From: the human T2T-CHM13v2.0 reference genome, Homo sapiens
Length of the DNA: 64,000 nucleotides
Strand: one strand, 5' to 3'
Assembly: GCF_009914755.1 (NCBI RefSeq)
Contig: NC_060932.1
The notes under the pieces are model-generated. The model saw only the letters and a list, made by a program, of their open reading frames with translations, was not told where the DNA came from and did not search any database. A program made the position numbers and the translations under genes. Positions 43,100 through 60,619 of this stretch are shown piece after piece (position 1 is the first letter of the stretch; each line of letters starts with the position of its first letter).

Positions 43100-43660
43100 G
43101 CTCATTATGGTTTGCCTACATGGCCAGCTAGCCAGGTCCCCACAAATGGTAAGGGAATTATCTACCAGGTGGTTAGAGTGGTGTTGTGGTCAAGCTCACT
43201 CTCTCTAAAAGAGTTTCGAACCCATATTCCCAAGGTCTAAACTTCCCCCAAGCATCTTCTGATACAGAGCAGGTAGCATTTGCAGAAAACCCCAATAAAC
43301 AGCCAACACCCCAAACCTCACTGTCTGTGCCAAATGGCCAGTATATTTTCCTACTAACAAGGCCATTTTCCTGCTTTTTCTTGTGAAATGAGAGACTTAC
43401 GGAGGGATCAAGCTTTCCACTGGAATGAAAACTATACTGTTAATGTCCAGCAGATACCCTTGCCCTGGCATACAGTTCCAAGTGATGACAGAGATATCGG
43501 AGGACTCCAAGCCTCTGTTTCTTACTGACTTGTGAGTTTCATTTCCCTAAAAACATCTTTCTTACCCATATCATGTGTTGTGAAATTTATCGTGACCTCT
43601 TACGATAGCCCTGAAGAGACTAACCCCTGTTCCTATGGCAAATGCAAAAGGAGTTTCCAT
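43100..43660. mobile_element. Probable old LTR, family uncertain
   Basis: GC-richer block interrupting AT-rich L1 sequence, with LTR-like composition. I could not assign a family. Confidence 0.4.
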
Positions 43661-44104
43661 TGTATATGTAATATTTGATTTTTTAAAGTAAGAATAAAGA
43701 GATCTGAAGCAAATATAGCACAGTGTTAATTTTTGTCAAGTTGGCTGATGGATGCTTTGGAGTTCATTACTCTATATAATTTTCCATTATTGAAAATATT
43801 AAACAAAAGGTGGTAACAAATCAAAGCATGTGTTTTCAGAAATCAGTTGATAACTTGAGGTGAATTATTAGTATGCCATTCATGGACTCAGTAATTGAAA
43901 AATAAATTTAAATTTTACACAACCTAAATCTAAATCTGTTCCTATAGACATAAACTATAAAATTTTAGAAAAATATATTTATAAATATCCACAGGCATTC
44001 TAACATAATTCATTTAAACACTAGCAGAAGTATTCTAAAACATTATAACTATATTTCTTCTCTTTATTATGAATATTGACATATTTAAATATCTGTAGAC
44101 ATTT

Positions 44105-44387
44105 TCTTAGAGACACGGTCTTGCTCTCCCAGGCTGGCCTGCAGTGGCATGATCATATCTCACTGCAGCCTTCATCTCCTGGGCTCAAGTGATCCTCCTG
44201 CCTCAGCTTCTTGAGTAGCTGGGACTACAGACGTATGACACCCCTCTTGACTAATTAAAACAAAACAATGTAGAAATCTGCTCTCACTATGTTTCTTAGG
44301 CTGGTCTCAAATTTCTGGGCTCAAGTAATCCTCCTGCCTTGGCCTCCCAAAGTGCTAGGATTACAGGCATGACTGATGGCACCCAGC
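44105..44387 (-). mobile_element. AluJ
   Basis: tcactgcagccttcatctcctgggctcaagtgatcctcc; ctcccaaagtgctaggattacaggcatga. Confidence 0.9.
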
Positions 44388-44766
44388 TTACATATTTTCT
44401 GAAATACAGTTATCGTCTACGTTGTTCCCTTTATCACTGAAAGTGTTCATCAAATTAAGGTATTTGACTGAAACTTCAGCTTCTACAAAATGAGGCTTTT
44501 TTTGTATTTTTTATTTTTTAATGTTGTGTGGCTCCAGCCAACTCCTCCAATATACTAATTGTTAATTTGTTTGCCTGATACCTTTCCTTTGGTAGTAATT
44601 AGAGAAATGCTAATTTCCTTCCCACTAATAAGAAAATTCTACAGTGAGAACGCTTTTATGAGATGAACTGTACATAATCTGCATTTAAAAATACACATAA
44701 AACTAACCACTAACAATGGGCCATACCAAATTATTCTCCTGTATAAAATATCTATAATTTAAATCA

Positions 44767-45045
<279 letters not shown>

Positions 45046-47695
45046 TTAACCATAATAGTTATATAATCAAACATTAATTCAGTGCTTAAAAATAATAAAA
45101 GACGCTGTCAAAATAAGCTAATATAAAAAATCACCTGGCAACAACATATTTAATATAAATATCAAATAAGCAGGGGAAAAAGAAAAAAACTTGATATTTT
45201 TACATATTTTTTAAGTTGACATTGTATGCAGAGGAAATATAAGTGATTGTAAGACAAAGAGTTTAGTTGATGAAAAGATACAGGATTTGGAGTCAGAGAA
45301 TGCAAGTTCAAGCCTTGTTTCTGCCCTTATTAGTGACATATTCTTATGCAAGTTACTTTATGTGGAGGATAATATGTATTTTTAAAACTTTTTCATCCAT
45401 ATATTTTGCATCATGAAAACACAAACTACTTTTTTCTTCATCAATAGTACTCCTAAAAATTTAACTCTACAATCAGATATGGACAAAAGCTGAAATCAAA
45501 AGTTGAAATATATTATTTACATTTAAATAACTCAAATGAAGCTTTGCACATTGTATTAGGCATTCTTTTTCCTGAAAGTAAATATATTTTCTTCTTTTAA
45601 AACCTAATGTAGGAGATATCAAACCAATACATTATCAGAATTAGGTAATGTGAAAAAGGATATTTTAGCATGTAAATGATTCAAATCAGTTGTGTTAATA
45701 TTGCAAGATTTGCATAATAAACTTGCCTTAACAACCTTCAAAAGTATAACAATTGTCCCACAATGATCATGGAACTCATACATTTAGAAGACAGGGGACA
45801 TGCAATCAATTTCTGTTTTTCCTAACTCATACTGTGGTAGAGAAATATGGGGTAAAGGATAGATTCATTTAGGTCAGCAAGAAAAGTCAACCAGTTTATG
45901 ATATAAAATGAAACCAGTAAAACTTGCCATTGTTAAACATTCATCAGTAGAAAAACTATTTTGGCAAGTTTTATCATATTTGCCTGCATCTAAGCAATAG
46001 ATTTGTTACGTGAAAGGCATTATTTCCGAACCCAAAGAATTTATAGAAGTTAACGTTCCACAATCTCATCCTTTACATATGCATGTACAAGAAAGAAGAG
46101 TCCAGCTGCTCAGTTTACTTGTGCATAAGCAGTGGTAAAGAAAGAATGGGATAGTGCAGAGGTTCCCAGACTTTTCTTATATATGGGCCCCTCTAACGTG
46201 AGAAAATTGGGAGACCATCACACTATTATATTTTGTTTTAATTTATTCAGTAGCTTCAACACTTAGTTCAATTAACTTATCCTGAAATTTTTCAGTGGAT
46301 CTGAGGCCTGTATTTGGTAACTGTTGGTATAATAATATAGCAGAAGTCAGAAGATTAAACTTTATTTCATTACTTATTACCCTTGTTCTGAGATAAAACA
46401 CAACTTCTGAATTTCATCTCTTCCAACATTAAACTTTGATGGTAATTACAACTTCCTTTTCTATATCTGTTGGGAGAATCACTAGAAACAAGAGCTTTGT
46501 AAATGACACAGTAGTATTTATTATGCACGGAAGGCTGAAAGCTTATTTAACAATGGAACACAGTACATTTCTTTTTAATTTATAGTTTGGGACTAAATCA
46601 ATACTTCAAGTATTGTAACTTCTTTGAAAATGAAATTAAAACAAAAATATTCCTTCTAAGGAAATTTTAGAGTCTTAGTTATTACGTTTTTTTTCTGAAA
46701 AACTGAAAAAACAGTGCATGCTAATATTACCTTATGTTTTACAAGGTACTTTAATAAATATTAACTCATCTTGCCAATAGTCCTGTTGTATAAGGAAGAG
46801 ATTATGCTTTTCATTTTACCAATGTGTATGTTAAGGCTCTTTAAAATCAGTGGTCTACCTAAGGTCACATAATAAATGATAGAGCTAGAAATCAAATTTA
46901 GGTCATGCACTTCATGTAATATGTCCTTCTACCCTCAAGTTATCAACTAGAATAATTTTATATGTAAACTAAGCCCTGTATCATCCATTTTGATATTTCT
47001 AATGTCCGTATTGATGTTTCCTCAATTGAGAAAATGGGGATAGTAATAGTACTTAGCTTGGGAATTTGTCTTACAACAGGATCCTGGCATAAAACTAAAA
47101 TTATCATTGTTGTTGCTTTGGTATTACTAATTAGCAATGTACCACTACAAATCACAAAAATAAAATTTTATTTATTTACAATTATGCTAAATTTTTATGA
47201 GTTCAAATTATCTTTACTTAGGAAAAACAAACTGGCCTCAGTACGTTAGAAAATATTGTATATTTAAGCTTAACATTTCACATAAAAACTAAGGAGCTTT
47301 AACATACTGGTGGCAGAAAAAGGAATTGTGCTACTAGAGTCAACATAACTGATTACATCAACCTTAGATAATAAAGATTGGGGACTTTTCTACTTGGAAA
47401 ATCACTGAGTTGCTATTACCTAACACTTCCAATGAAATCTTCAGGGAAAGAGGCTGGGTTTTGTGATGCCAGCTGTTAGCTTCATGCGGGAAAATGGAGG
47501 CTCACTCAAATAAATAACTTGCCCAAGGTAACACAAATGACAGTGGCAAAGCTAGAACAACTATTAGCACTGGGATAAGTAAAAAATAACAAAAAATGCT
47601 ATATACAGAAATAGGAATTAGTCTAGTACAAATGCTAAAGCAAAATGGCCTAACAATATATTTTTTTAACGTGGAAATAAATATATAAGAACTCA

Positions 47696-47842
<147 letters not shown>

Positions 47843-49274
47843 TTAAACAAACAAATAAAATCTCTTTAAACATTAATACAATTTATTAGCTATCAATATT
47901 TTTGAAATCACGTCTCTAAAAGAGCTTATGAGGCTTTGTACAGACCTGAATTTTATAGTACTTGATGCTTGGATACAGCATTATGTTTCAAGAAAGACCA
48001 TTAAAATATTGAATACATGCATACATACATGGATACATAAAATTTAGCTGCTTTATTGGCTTTAAGAGACCAAAAAGAATGCATATATACTTTTCTGTCT
48101 TTCTATTATTATTTTGTTTCATGTCAAAAGAAAAGCATTAAAAAAGTGATAAAGATGATTTTCCTCTGGTTACCAGAAAAAATCAGATCAAAGCAAAACA
48201 AAACCTCTAATAATAAATAGAAAAATAAGACATGAGACATATAGCTTATTTTCATGTCTCTCCTGGCACCTTTATTTAGTACAGTTATTACAGTTTCAAA
48301 CAAAGGTTTCCATAACACTTAAATGGAGAGCTTCAAAAAATTGTCAGTGAAACTCAGAGAATAGATTCTTTAGGGGATTACTGTTGAAGTTTGCTAAACA
48401 GAGCTTGTGTTCAAGAAATTATACATTACACAGAAATTGACATCTTCAAAAAAATAGAGAAATGAAGAAAGATATGGAGGTCTTCGTGGTGGGATGGGAG
48501 AGTGGGAAATACAAATAAATACACACACCCAAGTGAGGGACATTAAGATTAGGATTCTCACATTCTCACAATGTCTCCTACACATAATCAGTACATCGGC
48601 ATTCTTCTCTCACCTTGGTTTCGAAATTGTAGTTTTCTGAGATAAATATGAGCATTCAGTTATAAGGGAAATTAAATTTTTTTGTCCTATAAAACTGGTT
48701 TTGTAAGGAAGAGAATTTTGATTCTGGCAACATTTCAGCATTTCTGTTCCTTGCATGAGTTGAGATATGTAATATCATCACTACGGTTTGGTAATTTTTC
48801 CATTGTCTTTTGTCTGGTACTGCCTTCCTCCATGCACCTCTGCTACTCTTGTCTCAGTACCTGAGTCACTCTCAGAAAATTGTCTCAGCTCTTACTGCAT
48901 TGAGAATATCTAGTTGCTCAGACTTAATATATTCACCACTACTTTCCTGTCGCTTATATGTTTTTGTGGTACATTATAAAATGATTAGACATAAACTGCT
49001 TCGATGTTCTGTAGTCCTCCATCTCCAAGCTTAAATGCCTCCTGAATATTTCTCTTTACAATCCCAGGATAGAGTCCCTCCTAATCAAGATATCACCGTC
49101 AACCTGGTCACATAATCCCTCTCCCTTATCCAAAACACTTGTTCAATTATTTGTCTCCCTTACTTTTCCTGGCTTTCTCCACTTTGTCCACAAACACGCT
49201 CAGGTTTCTTTCATCTTAAAAATAAAACAAACTTCCCTATGACCTACTTACTTTCACTTTTTTTAACAGAAAAT

Positions 49275-49818
49275 TGTTTACTATAAGGAAACACCCTGCC
49301 CCATATAACTTAGATAAGACTCACTTATCATGACCTAGATAAGCTGTCTTTGTCACCCTCTTGTTTATGGCAAGACCAGACACAGACCCTACCAGTTCCG
49401 ATTCTTTGCTTCTAGCTGAACTGCTTGGCTCACTGATTAATCTGAATAAAATTCTTGTGAAACAAACTTTGATTACGTTTCCCTCCTTATTCTAGGCTCC
49501 TGAACTTTGTCCCACTCTCAGCTTTAAGACAGCACAGGATATTTCCGGAGAATAGGTTGGATTCAGAGCACAACATTCTCTCATCTACTATTCAATCAGG
49601 CTGCCCTTTCCTCTGACTTCGTACCTGGTTCTCTCTAGCTTTGTTTAGCCTTCTCTAAAAAAAGAAAAAAAAGCCTTTTCATCTAACTCCTGAGATAGGT
49701 GCAGATCTTACAGCCTTAGTATTCCCTGTTGCAATAGTCCCTTCCCTGCTCCTTGCAATAATCCTGTCTGAATCAAAGTCTCTTCTTACTAAATTCTGAT
49801 TTTTTTTTTAATTTGGCA
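49275..49818 (+). mobile_element. MER67-like ERV1 LTR
   Basis: ttatggcaagaccagacacagaccc...ctcctgaactttg...ttgcaatagtccc...aaagtctct...aatttggca. Confidence 0.65.
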
Positions 49819-50095
49819 TAACTAAGCTTTTTGAAGGGGACATCTACTCTCACTGTCTCTTTCTGCACCCCTGTGCTGTATGTACCTATGGGACAGATTA
49901 AGATGACTAACAAGTCCAACAAAGCAGAAAACTAAAGGAGGAAAATGTTTCTTATGTTGTTTCTCAAAGAAAAGTGCCAAAGTATTCAACATGACAAAAA
50001 TTATCGTAAGGTTTAAAGTTATTTTTATTTTAAATTACATTTAGAGAGACACAATAACCTTTCTATTACTTAGAGAGTCTAGATTAGATGTCTTT

Positions 50096-50395
50096 TTTTT
50101 TTTTTTTTTCGATACAGGGTCTCACTCTGTGGCCCAGGCTGCTGGAGTGCAGTGGCACGACCACAGCTCACTGCAGCCTTGACCTCCCAGGCTCAGGTGA
50201 TCCTCCCACCTCAGCCTCCCCAGTAACTGGGACTACAGAGGTGTGCTGCCACATGCAGCTAATCTTTGTATTTTTGGAGAGACAGAGTTTTGCCATGTTG
50301 CCCAGGCTGGTCTTGAACTCCTGAGCTCAAGTGATGGGCCCACCTCAAGCCTCCCAAAGTGCTGGGATTACAGGTGTGAGCCACCATGCTTGGCC
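50096..50395 (-). mobile_element. AluJ
   Basis: Reverse dimer. TSD TAGATGTCTTT. Confidence 0.92.
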
Positions 50396-50499
50396 TCTAG
50401 ATGTCTTTATATGGTCCTTTCTACCTCTCATTCTCTTCTCAACCATTGCCCCAATACAAACATTTCTTAGCTAGCTCCCAATACAAACATTTCTTAGCT

Positions 50500-51880
50500 T
50501 ATACTTAAGTGACTTCTGCATTTATAATAATAATGAAGACTTTGCTGCCTTTATCTTTCTCTTCATATCTGTAGTCATTCTTAATTGTTGATCTTTATCT
50601 TAAATTCACCATCCTAGTTTCTGGAATCTTAGAAGCCAGTGTTTCTGGGGTTTTCTTCTAGTGTCTTTATACAGACTTCAGTCTTATTATCATACACTTC
50701 TTCCTTTACATCTCCTTATAACTTTGGTGATCTCCTAAGTTCCTTACATGGTTCTCTTAATTTCTACTGGTACATTTTTCCTTGTTGACCATATGTAAAC
50801 TTATGATTTTTATCTTCTAATTTTTATACCCTGATAACACCTTTCCCTATCTCCTCCTACAGATTTCTTGGCTGAACTCTAAACCATATGCCAGAGTGTT
50901 TACTGAATATCTCTCTCTGTAGTCTATTGGTACATCAAATATAGAATAGCCTAAATACTCAACCTCAAATTAAATTGGCTTCTTTTCCTAGGTTCCTAAA
51001 TTGTTAGATGAGCATACCATCCACCTGTAGTCCCAAGCTAGAGGCCTAAGAGTCTTCTCTTTTTTTCACTGCATCCTTATATCCAATCTATCAAGAAGCC
51101 CTGCCAGGACTCCACCCTGTAGCTATTTTCAACCGGTCCTTCTTTTCTTGCCTACTACCAATAGGTCTAACTCCTCTCTTTCTCGAATTATTACAATTGA
51201 TAATTGAAACGATTATTCCCCATTTTTTTCCTCAGTGAAAACATCTAATCGTACTATGTATATGCATAAAATTCTGCAACTGTTTCACATTGTCTAAAAT
51301 ATAATGTCCCAATTCCCATACAGCCTTCATGATCTGACCCATACAGTCTTTCCAGTTTCATCAACCATCAGTGTATACACATAAATTATACTCAAATATT
51401 ATCATACTGCTTATATTTCCTTGTTCTTCCATGACTTTACTCATTTTGTTTCTTCTTCCTGAAATGCCTGTTTCCCTTCTACATTTATATAACTCTAACT
51501 TATGTTTTTAGATTCATCACTGCCTCCAGGAAGTTTTCCTGTAGACCCCAGAATGGGCACTACTTCATCTCTCTCTAAACCATTATGGTATCCATAGTAA
51601 CCTCTGCCAATCTCTGTTGCTTCTCTTATTGTATTTGTTTTTAATATTCCACTCAGGTGTCAGTATTCATTACTAATATGTAATATTAACCCTCTGGTAT
51701 CCATAGTAACCTCTGCCCATCTCGGTCATTTCTTTGACTGTATTGACTGTATTTTATTTAATATTCCATTCAGGTGTCAGCACTCATCACTAATATGTAA
51801 GCTAGACACTCTGTCTATATTTTATTTATTCCTAGAATTCAGTGCATACTATATATTTCATAACGTTTGTTGAATTGCTA
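50500..51880 (+). mobile_element. Degenerate L2 LINE
   Basis: Pyrimidine-rich L2 phrases (cataccatccacctgtagtcccaagctaga, cctccaggaagttttcct, gtttgttgaatt). Confidence 0.65.
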
Positions 51881-52046
51881 GTGGTTCTTTATATTTGATT
51901 ATGTAAATAGTGAAGATGACTGTAGAGATGGATGCACAATCTAATTTGTAGCTATGTGTTTTAATAAAAATAGCAACATATTTTACCTTTGGGGCTCTGA
52001 AAATAATATGTGAATATGAAAAAAAGTATAATAGCAAATGCGTATA

Positions 52047-54757
<2,711 letters not shown>

Positions 54758-55069
54758 ATATGTATGTATATATGCAAAAAAGACCAGAATGATAGCAAAA
54801 TGTTCTTTGTGATTTTTTTCCACTTGGATTATGTGTAATTTTGGAGAGGGTAGGGGAGTAATTTTGTTTCAATTGTCCTTATTTTTTAGAAGGAACATTG
54901 GTCTTTTTTATTGTTAGAAACAGTATAGAGATGCATACATACATGTAGATGTTATATATGTATATTCCTTATCACAAAATATTTAAGAAAATTTATTACA
55001 TATAGTAAAGTATCTATTATTTAGATATAAGATTCTCTAAAATGATTTTTATTCTATTACTTAAATTAT

Positions 55070-55185
55070 TGTTTTTCTTCTAGAGACAAGGTCTTACTAT
55101 GTTGCCCAGTCTCATCTCAAACTCCTGGGCTCAAGCAATCCTCCCATCTTAGCCTCCTGAGTAGCTGGGAACACAGGTGTGCATC
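55070..55185 (-). mobile_element. FLAM/AluJ monomer
   Basis: agagacaaggtcttactatgttgcccag...ctcctgggctcaagcaatcctccc...gagtagctggga. Confidence 0.8.
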
Positions 55186-58031
55186 TATTTAAATTATTTA
55201 TCAAAGATTTCTCAATATATTTCAATGCTGTGGTTGATTTTGAAAACCTACGAAAGCCAACAAGAAAAGCAGAGACATTATCTGACGTTTGTAAATCCCA
55301 AACTCTTAGTGAGTAAAGAAAATTATCTTTAAATATACTCAACTTTAAATAGCATTTAGAAATGCATCTCTATTTTTGCCCATCTAACCATAAAGCATTC
55401 AAAATATAAGTCAGGGATTCATGAATTAAGTTTTCAGTAATTTGCTCTGAATGCAGTGTTTTCTGAGGCAGTTATATGGGCATCAACTATTGATAACTAT
55501 TTTAAAATCTTCTTAATTTGTTTCTCAAATTCAATTTTATTTGTGTCTTCTTTCTATCTCAAAAGCCCACTCACATTAATGTCTTTCCTATTTACCTTCA
55601 TATTGAATGCTTCTACTTTCCCGGGGGCAATGTCAAAGTAATTTACACGCTGTCAATTTTGTTGGAATGAATTTTATTAACTCTCTTAAAGATGACGTCC
55701 TTCTGTTTGGTACTTGCTATAAGACTGACTGTTTCTATATGCAAGCAAGCAAAACGCTTTATGCTTCGGGGTCTTAGACATAGAATTATGGAGTTTCTAA
55801 GAAGTTCAGGGTTTAATCTTTGGCATGGTATTTCCAATCATGAAGTTCTTTCTTATCAGTTTTAGAGGTCAAGCATTCTGCAGCCTTAGCAATTTTTCAG
55901 ACTTTTTTTTTAAGGTTATTTTCTTCCCCAGAGAAGCTCTAATTTATATCTTCCCCTCAAGCTATCTTTTCCTACCAAAAATAATACACAGTATCATTAT
56001 CTATAGAAAAACCTCACACAACCTGCTTAACTTAAGTAAGACTTAGTACTCAGCTTTTTTTTTTCTAGAATAGGACTTGCTAGCTAAAGCATATTCTTGT
56101 CTAAAAATGGAAATTTGTAATAGCAGATCTCAGAAGTTTTTCATCTTTTGCACCTTGGATTTTAGTGTTATCTAGAATTTTTGTATAAGCCATTTAATAT
56201 TTTAGGATTTTATGTAAAAACAATTGTCATCAGTTGGCCCTTCTGGTAATTCTAATAAGCAACATCCTTTAGCCAAATCTAAGAATCACAATAAAGCAAG
56301 AAGTTCTACAGTAAGATTTTGGTGTTTTATAATTTATTCTTTACATAAATATGCTCTTCATGAGATATGTGGTCAAATTCCAATTAATTAGAATAAGAAG
56401 TTTTAATTTAGTTGAAAATTTTTTGGTTAATTGAGTAGTAAACAAACTTGAAAATTTTGAAACAGATACGAAACATTATTTCAATCTCTTTCTTTGCAAA
56501 CATTTCTTAACAGTTGTTTCCCCGGATCGTATGAGTGCACTTACAGTAAATGTAAATTAATTGATGTTTGTTGATTTAGAATCTTGCAGTGGTACATGAA
56601 GAACAATATGGGTGTGAATAGAAATAGTGTAATGGGAGATACAGCTAAATCTGAACTGTTCAAGTGATGCCATTATTTCATGCTTTATAAAAGGGTCTCT
56701 AATAAATTTACTTCTTTGTCATTTGTCTTATTTTTTACAGCAGAGATCTAGAACTGTCCGTCTACTGCCTGGCTGGTTTGGGCCTTTTTATGTTGTTTGG
56801 TGCATTTAGTGTTTTCTTAAATCCAACTTTATAAAATAGAGAAAATGTGTTGTAAAACTTTTTTTTTTATTATTTCACTGCAAAGTAAGTTCATAGGAAC
56901 AGAGTACTTTTCTGTCTTGTTTTATTGCTAATTTCCCACTGTTTAGAACAGTGCCTGAGACACAGTTAATGACTAATGAATTTGATTTTGTAATTTTGTG
57001 TGGGAGTTACAAGATGGGGTAAAATAAATCTGAATAATTGATTGAGTTTGTTCACTTCTAACTGAAGAACTAACACTCTTTTCCTATTTCCATGGGACTT
57101 TCAAAATAAGTCACTGTGAAGTTTATGGGTTAGGTGTAAGTGAACAAAAATAAGATTCTCCCTCTAAAACTTGATACATTTGCATGTACCAAATGCTATA
57201 AGAAACACAATGATGAACAAGTTATGGAATCTTCTCCCAAGTTGCTTACAGTGTGGTAAGAGAGAGTATGTAAATAAATAAAATTTTCAGTAGAGAAAAC
57301 ATAGTTTGTTCAAAATGTGTCGTAAATTCAAGATGACACAAATACTAAAGCACCTGAACAGAACAAAAAAGTTTAAGATTAAACTAGTTTAATGATATAG
57401 CATATTTTCTAACTATTTTTATTCCAAAAGCGGGACATTCCTCTAAGTCTTTCTCAGACCAAATCATAATTTGTTTTAATTTTCTAGAGTCTAACTTGGA
57501 GATTCAATAACAGAGCACGGAGACAAAAGACAGCTGGAAGTATGATCCAGGCGCTACAGCTTCTTAGATCTTCCAAATAAAAACCAATATTCCTTTGGAT
57601 TACATGAATTAAATGGAAAGACAAAGCTTGGAAATTCTGACATAGGTTCTGACAATATTTTCTTTCTTAAATGAAATAACCATTTTAGAGACAAGATCAA
57701 TATGACCCATTTTAATATGGGGTCTGAATCCACTCTTTAAGCAATGGATAACTATGGCTACATAGTAAATAAAGGGTGATATAATTTTCCAAGAGCTTTG
57801 ATTCATAACTGTTTTAGAATCTTAGAAGCATTGAAAAAATTAATGAAATCATCAGCCTTTACCCCATGGAAAAATAATAATCATTTTACAATTTTGTACA
57901 TTCTGCGGAGGTTAATAATCCTCTGAAATCTTAGACTCTCATATAGAATCTAGTCTAGAATATGGTTCTTAAGAACAATACCAGTTTTTAACCATTGTTT
58001 TATGTTTATATAAAATTTTAATTGTTCTTTA

Positions 58032-58268
<237 letters not shown>

Positions 58269-58454
58269 CTACCAAAATCAATTTCATATATCCCTGTGTT
58301 TTAGAAAATTAATTTTTAAAATTTTGGGGTCAATTTTTAAATGCTATACAATAAACACTTTCTCCATATTTTAAATAATTTATGTGCTAACTTATTTGAA
58401 AAAGTGGCATAGTATTTTAGTTACCAAATACTAGATTTACTCAACATTATTAAA

Positions 58455-59220
58455 TGTATTGTGAAAGACACTGAAGATTATGAAAAGAAAGCTTCATACT
58501 GGGAAAATATATTTGTTAGGAACATATCCGCAGAGGACTTGTAGCTAGAATATATAAACAACTCTCGAAACTCAAAAAAAAAGGAAGAAAATTAGCAATC
58601 AATCCAGTTACAAAATGAGCAAAGACATTTTAATGAAAACGATATCAGAAAACACATGAAAAGATGTTGAACATCACTAACTAATAGAGAAATGCAAATT
58701 AAAACCACAATGAGATACTACTACATACATTTCAAATTGGCTCAATTTTTTAAAAAATATATGATAACAATAAATGCTGGTAATTATGGAGAAAACGGGA
58801 TCATTCATGCATTGCTGGTGGGAATGTAAAGTGGTAAAACCACTCTGGAAAGGATTATGGCACTTTCTTACGAAACTAACCATTCACTTACTATATACCA
58901 CAGCAATTGCACTCTTGAACATTTATCCAAAAGAAAATAAAACTTATATTCACATGAAAGCCTGCACACAGATATTCATAACAACTTTATCCATAATTGC
59001 TAATAACTAGGAACAACCCAAATGTCATTCAACAGGTAAATGTTTAAACGATGGTAAATCCATGCAATGGAATATTACTCAGTAATAAAAAAGAATGATT
59101 CATATATATGACTTGGATGAATTTGAAGGAAATTGTGCTAAGTGAAAACAATACAATATCAAAATATTATATAGTTTCATTCTTTTATATAACATTCTTG
59201 AAGTGGCAACATTTTAAAAT
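58455..59220 (+). mobile_element. L1M (MC/ME-like) 3' region
   Basis: gaaatgcaaattaaaaccacaatgagatac, ttgctggtgggaatgtaaa, gaacaacccaaatgtc. Confidence 0.8.
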
Positions 59221-59224
59221 TAGA

Positions 59225-59481
59225 GGCCAGGCATAGTGGCTCACACCTGTAATCCCAGCACTTTGGGACATCAAGGCAAGAGGATTTCTAAATCCCAGGA
59301 GTTTGAGACCAGCCTGGGCAACTAAGTGAGACTCTGTCTCTAGAAAAAATTAAAAAAAAAAAAATTAGCCCAGCATGGTGGTGCATGCCTGCAGTCCCAG
59401 CTACTTGAGAGGCTGAGTTGAGAGGACAGCTTGAGCCTAGGAGGTCAAGGCTACAGTGAGCCATGACTGTCCGTCTGCACT
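59225..59481 (+). mobile_element. AluJ, 3'-truncated with no A tail
   Basis: ggccaggcatagtggctcac...gaggtcaaggctacagtgagccatga...ctgcact, then an abrupt end. Confidence 0.88.
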
Positions 59482-59612
59482 AAATTTATAAGTGAATTTG
59501 TTTTGTAATATCCATCAGTGTTTCTCAGCAGAGCACTAAATGGAGCATCATGCATCAAAGAATCTGAGGAATTATAGTCTTCCACTATGGATAGAGATCT
59601 TTTATAAAAAAT

Positions 59613-59613
59613 G

Positions 59614-59662
<49 letters not shown>
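59613..59662. repeat. (GT)n(GA)n compound microsatellite
   Basis: Directly visible. Confidence 0.92.
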
Positions 59663-59732
59663 GGAAACTTACTCATTAAATTTTTCTTGATTTGCTCTGG
59701 AATGGTTTCTACCCAAACTAAAATTGATATAT

Positions 59733-60152
59733 TGTATTAGTCTGTTAACACACTGCTATAAATAACTACCTGGGAATGGGTAATTTATGAAGAAAAGAGG
59801 TTTAATTGACTCACAGTTCTGTAGGCTTAGTAGGAAGCATGGCTAGGAGGCCTCAGGAAACTTACAATCATGGCAGAAGGCAAAGGGGAGGCAACTACAT
59901 CTTACCATGGCAGAGAAGGAGAGAGAGAGTGAAGGGGAAAGTGCCACACACTTTCAAATAACCAGATCTCATGAGAACACACTCTCTATCAAGAGAAGAG
60001 CAAGGGAGAAGTCCGCTCCTGTGATTCAATCACCTCCCACCAAGCCCCTCCACTGACATGTGGGGATTACAATTAGAGATGAGATTTGGGTGGTGACACA
60101 GATTACAATTAGAGATGAGATTTGGGTGGTGACACAGAGCCAAACCATATCA
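59733..60152 (-). mobile_element. THE1D/MSTA-like MaLR solo LTR
   Basis: tgtattagtctg...gaggtttaattgactcacagttc...gagccaaaccatatca. Confidence 0.88.
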
Positions 60153-60619
60153 CCTATGGATTGGTTTTATAAGTGGAGAGTGATGTTCGACTAATAAAAC
60201 ACATCTTTGTTTTATTAGATTTTAAGTCTGCCATTCATGCCTCCTTTTCCTTAACATAAATATGCAAAGTAAGCAGAAATTCCAACAAAGATAAAGGGTC
60301 TTAACAACCTTGTTGTCTCACTCGTAATAATATCATAAAAGGAACATACTTGAAAGTGAATAATAGGCTTATATGTTATAACATCAAAATATAATTCGAG
60401 TTTGACCTGTAAAATCCCATGAAATTGTCAATAAAAGATTACTTCCCTTTCTTGTTTTCTTTGCCTCAAAAGTGCTGGCCAATTTCATTTTGGTTAGTCT
60501 AGGAATTATCCAGTGACTAGTCTGTTACACAGATGTAGACTGTACTCCTTAAATTAGCTTAACACTCATTAGAAATAATAATAGTCACACAGAAAAAGTA
60601 TACAAATAGAAGCATATGT

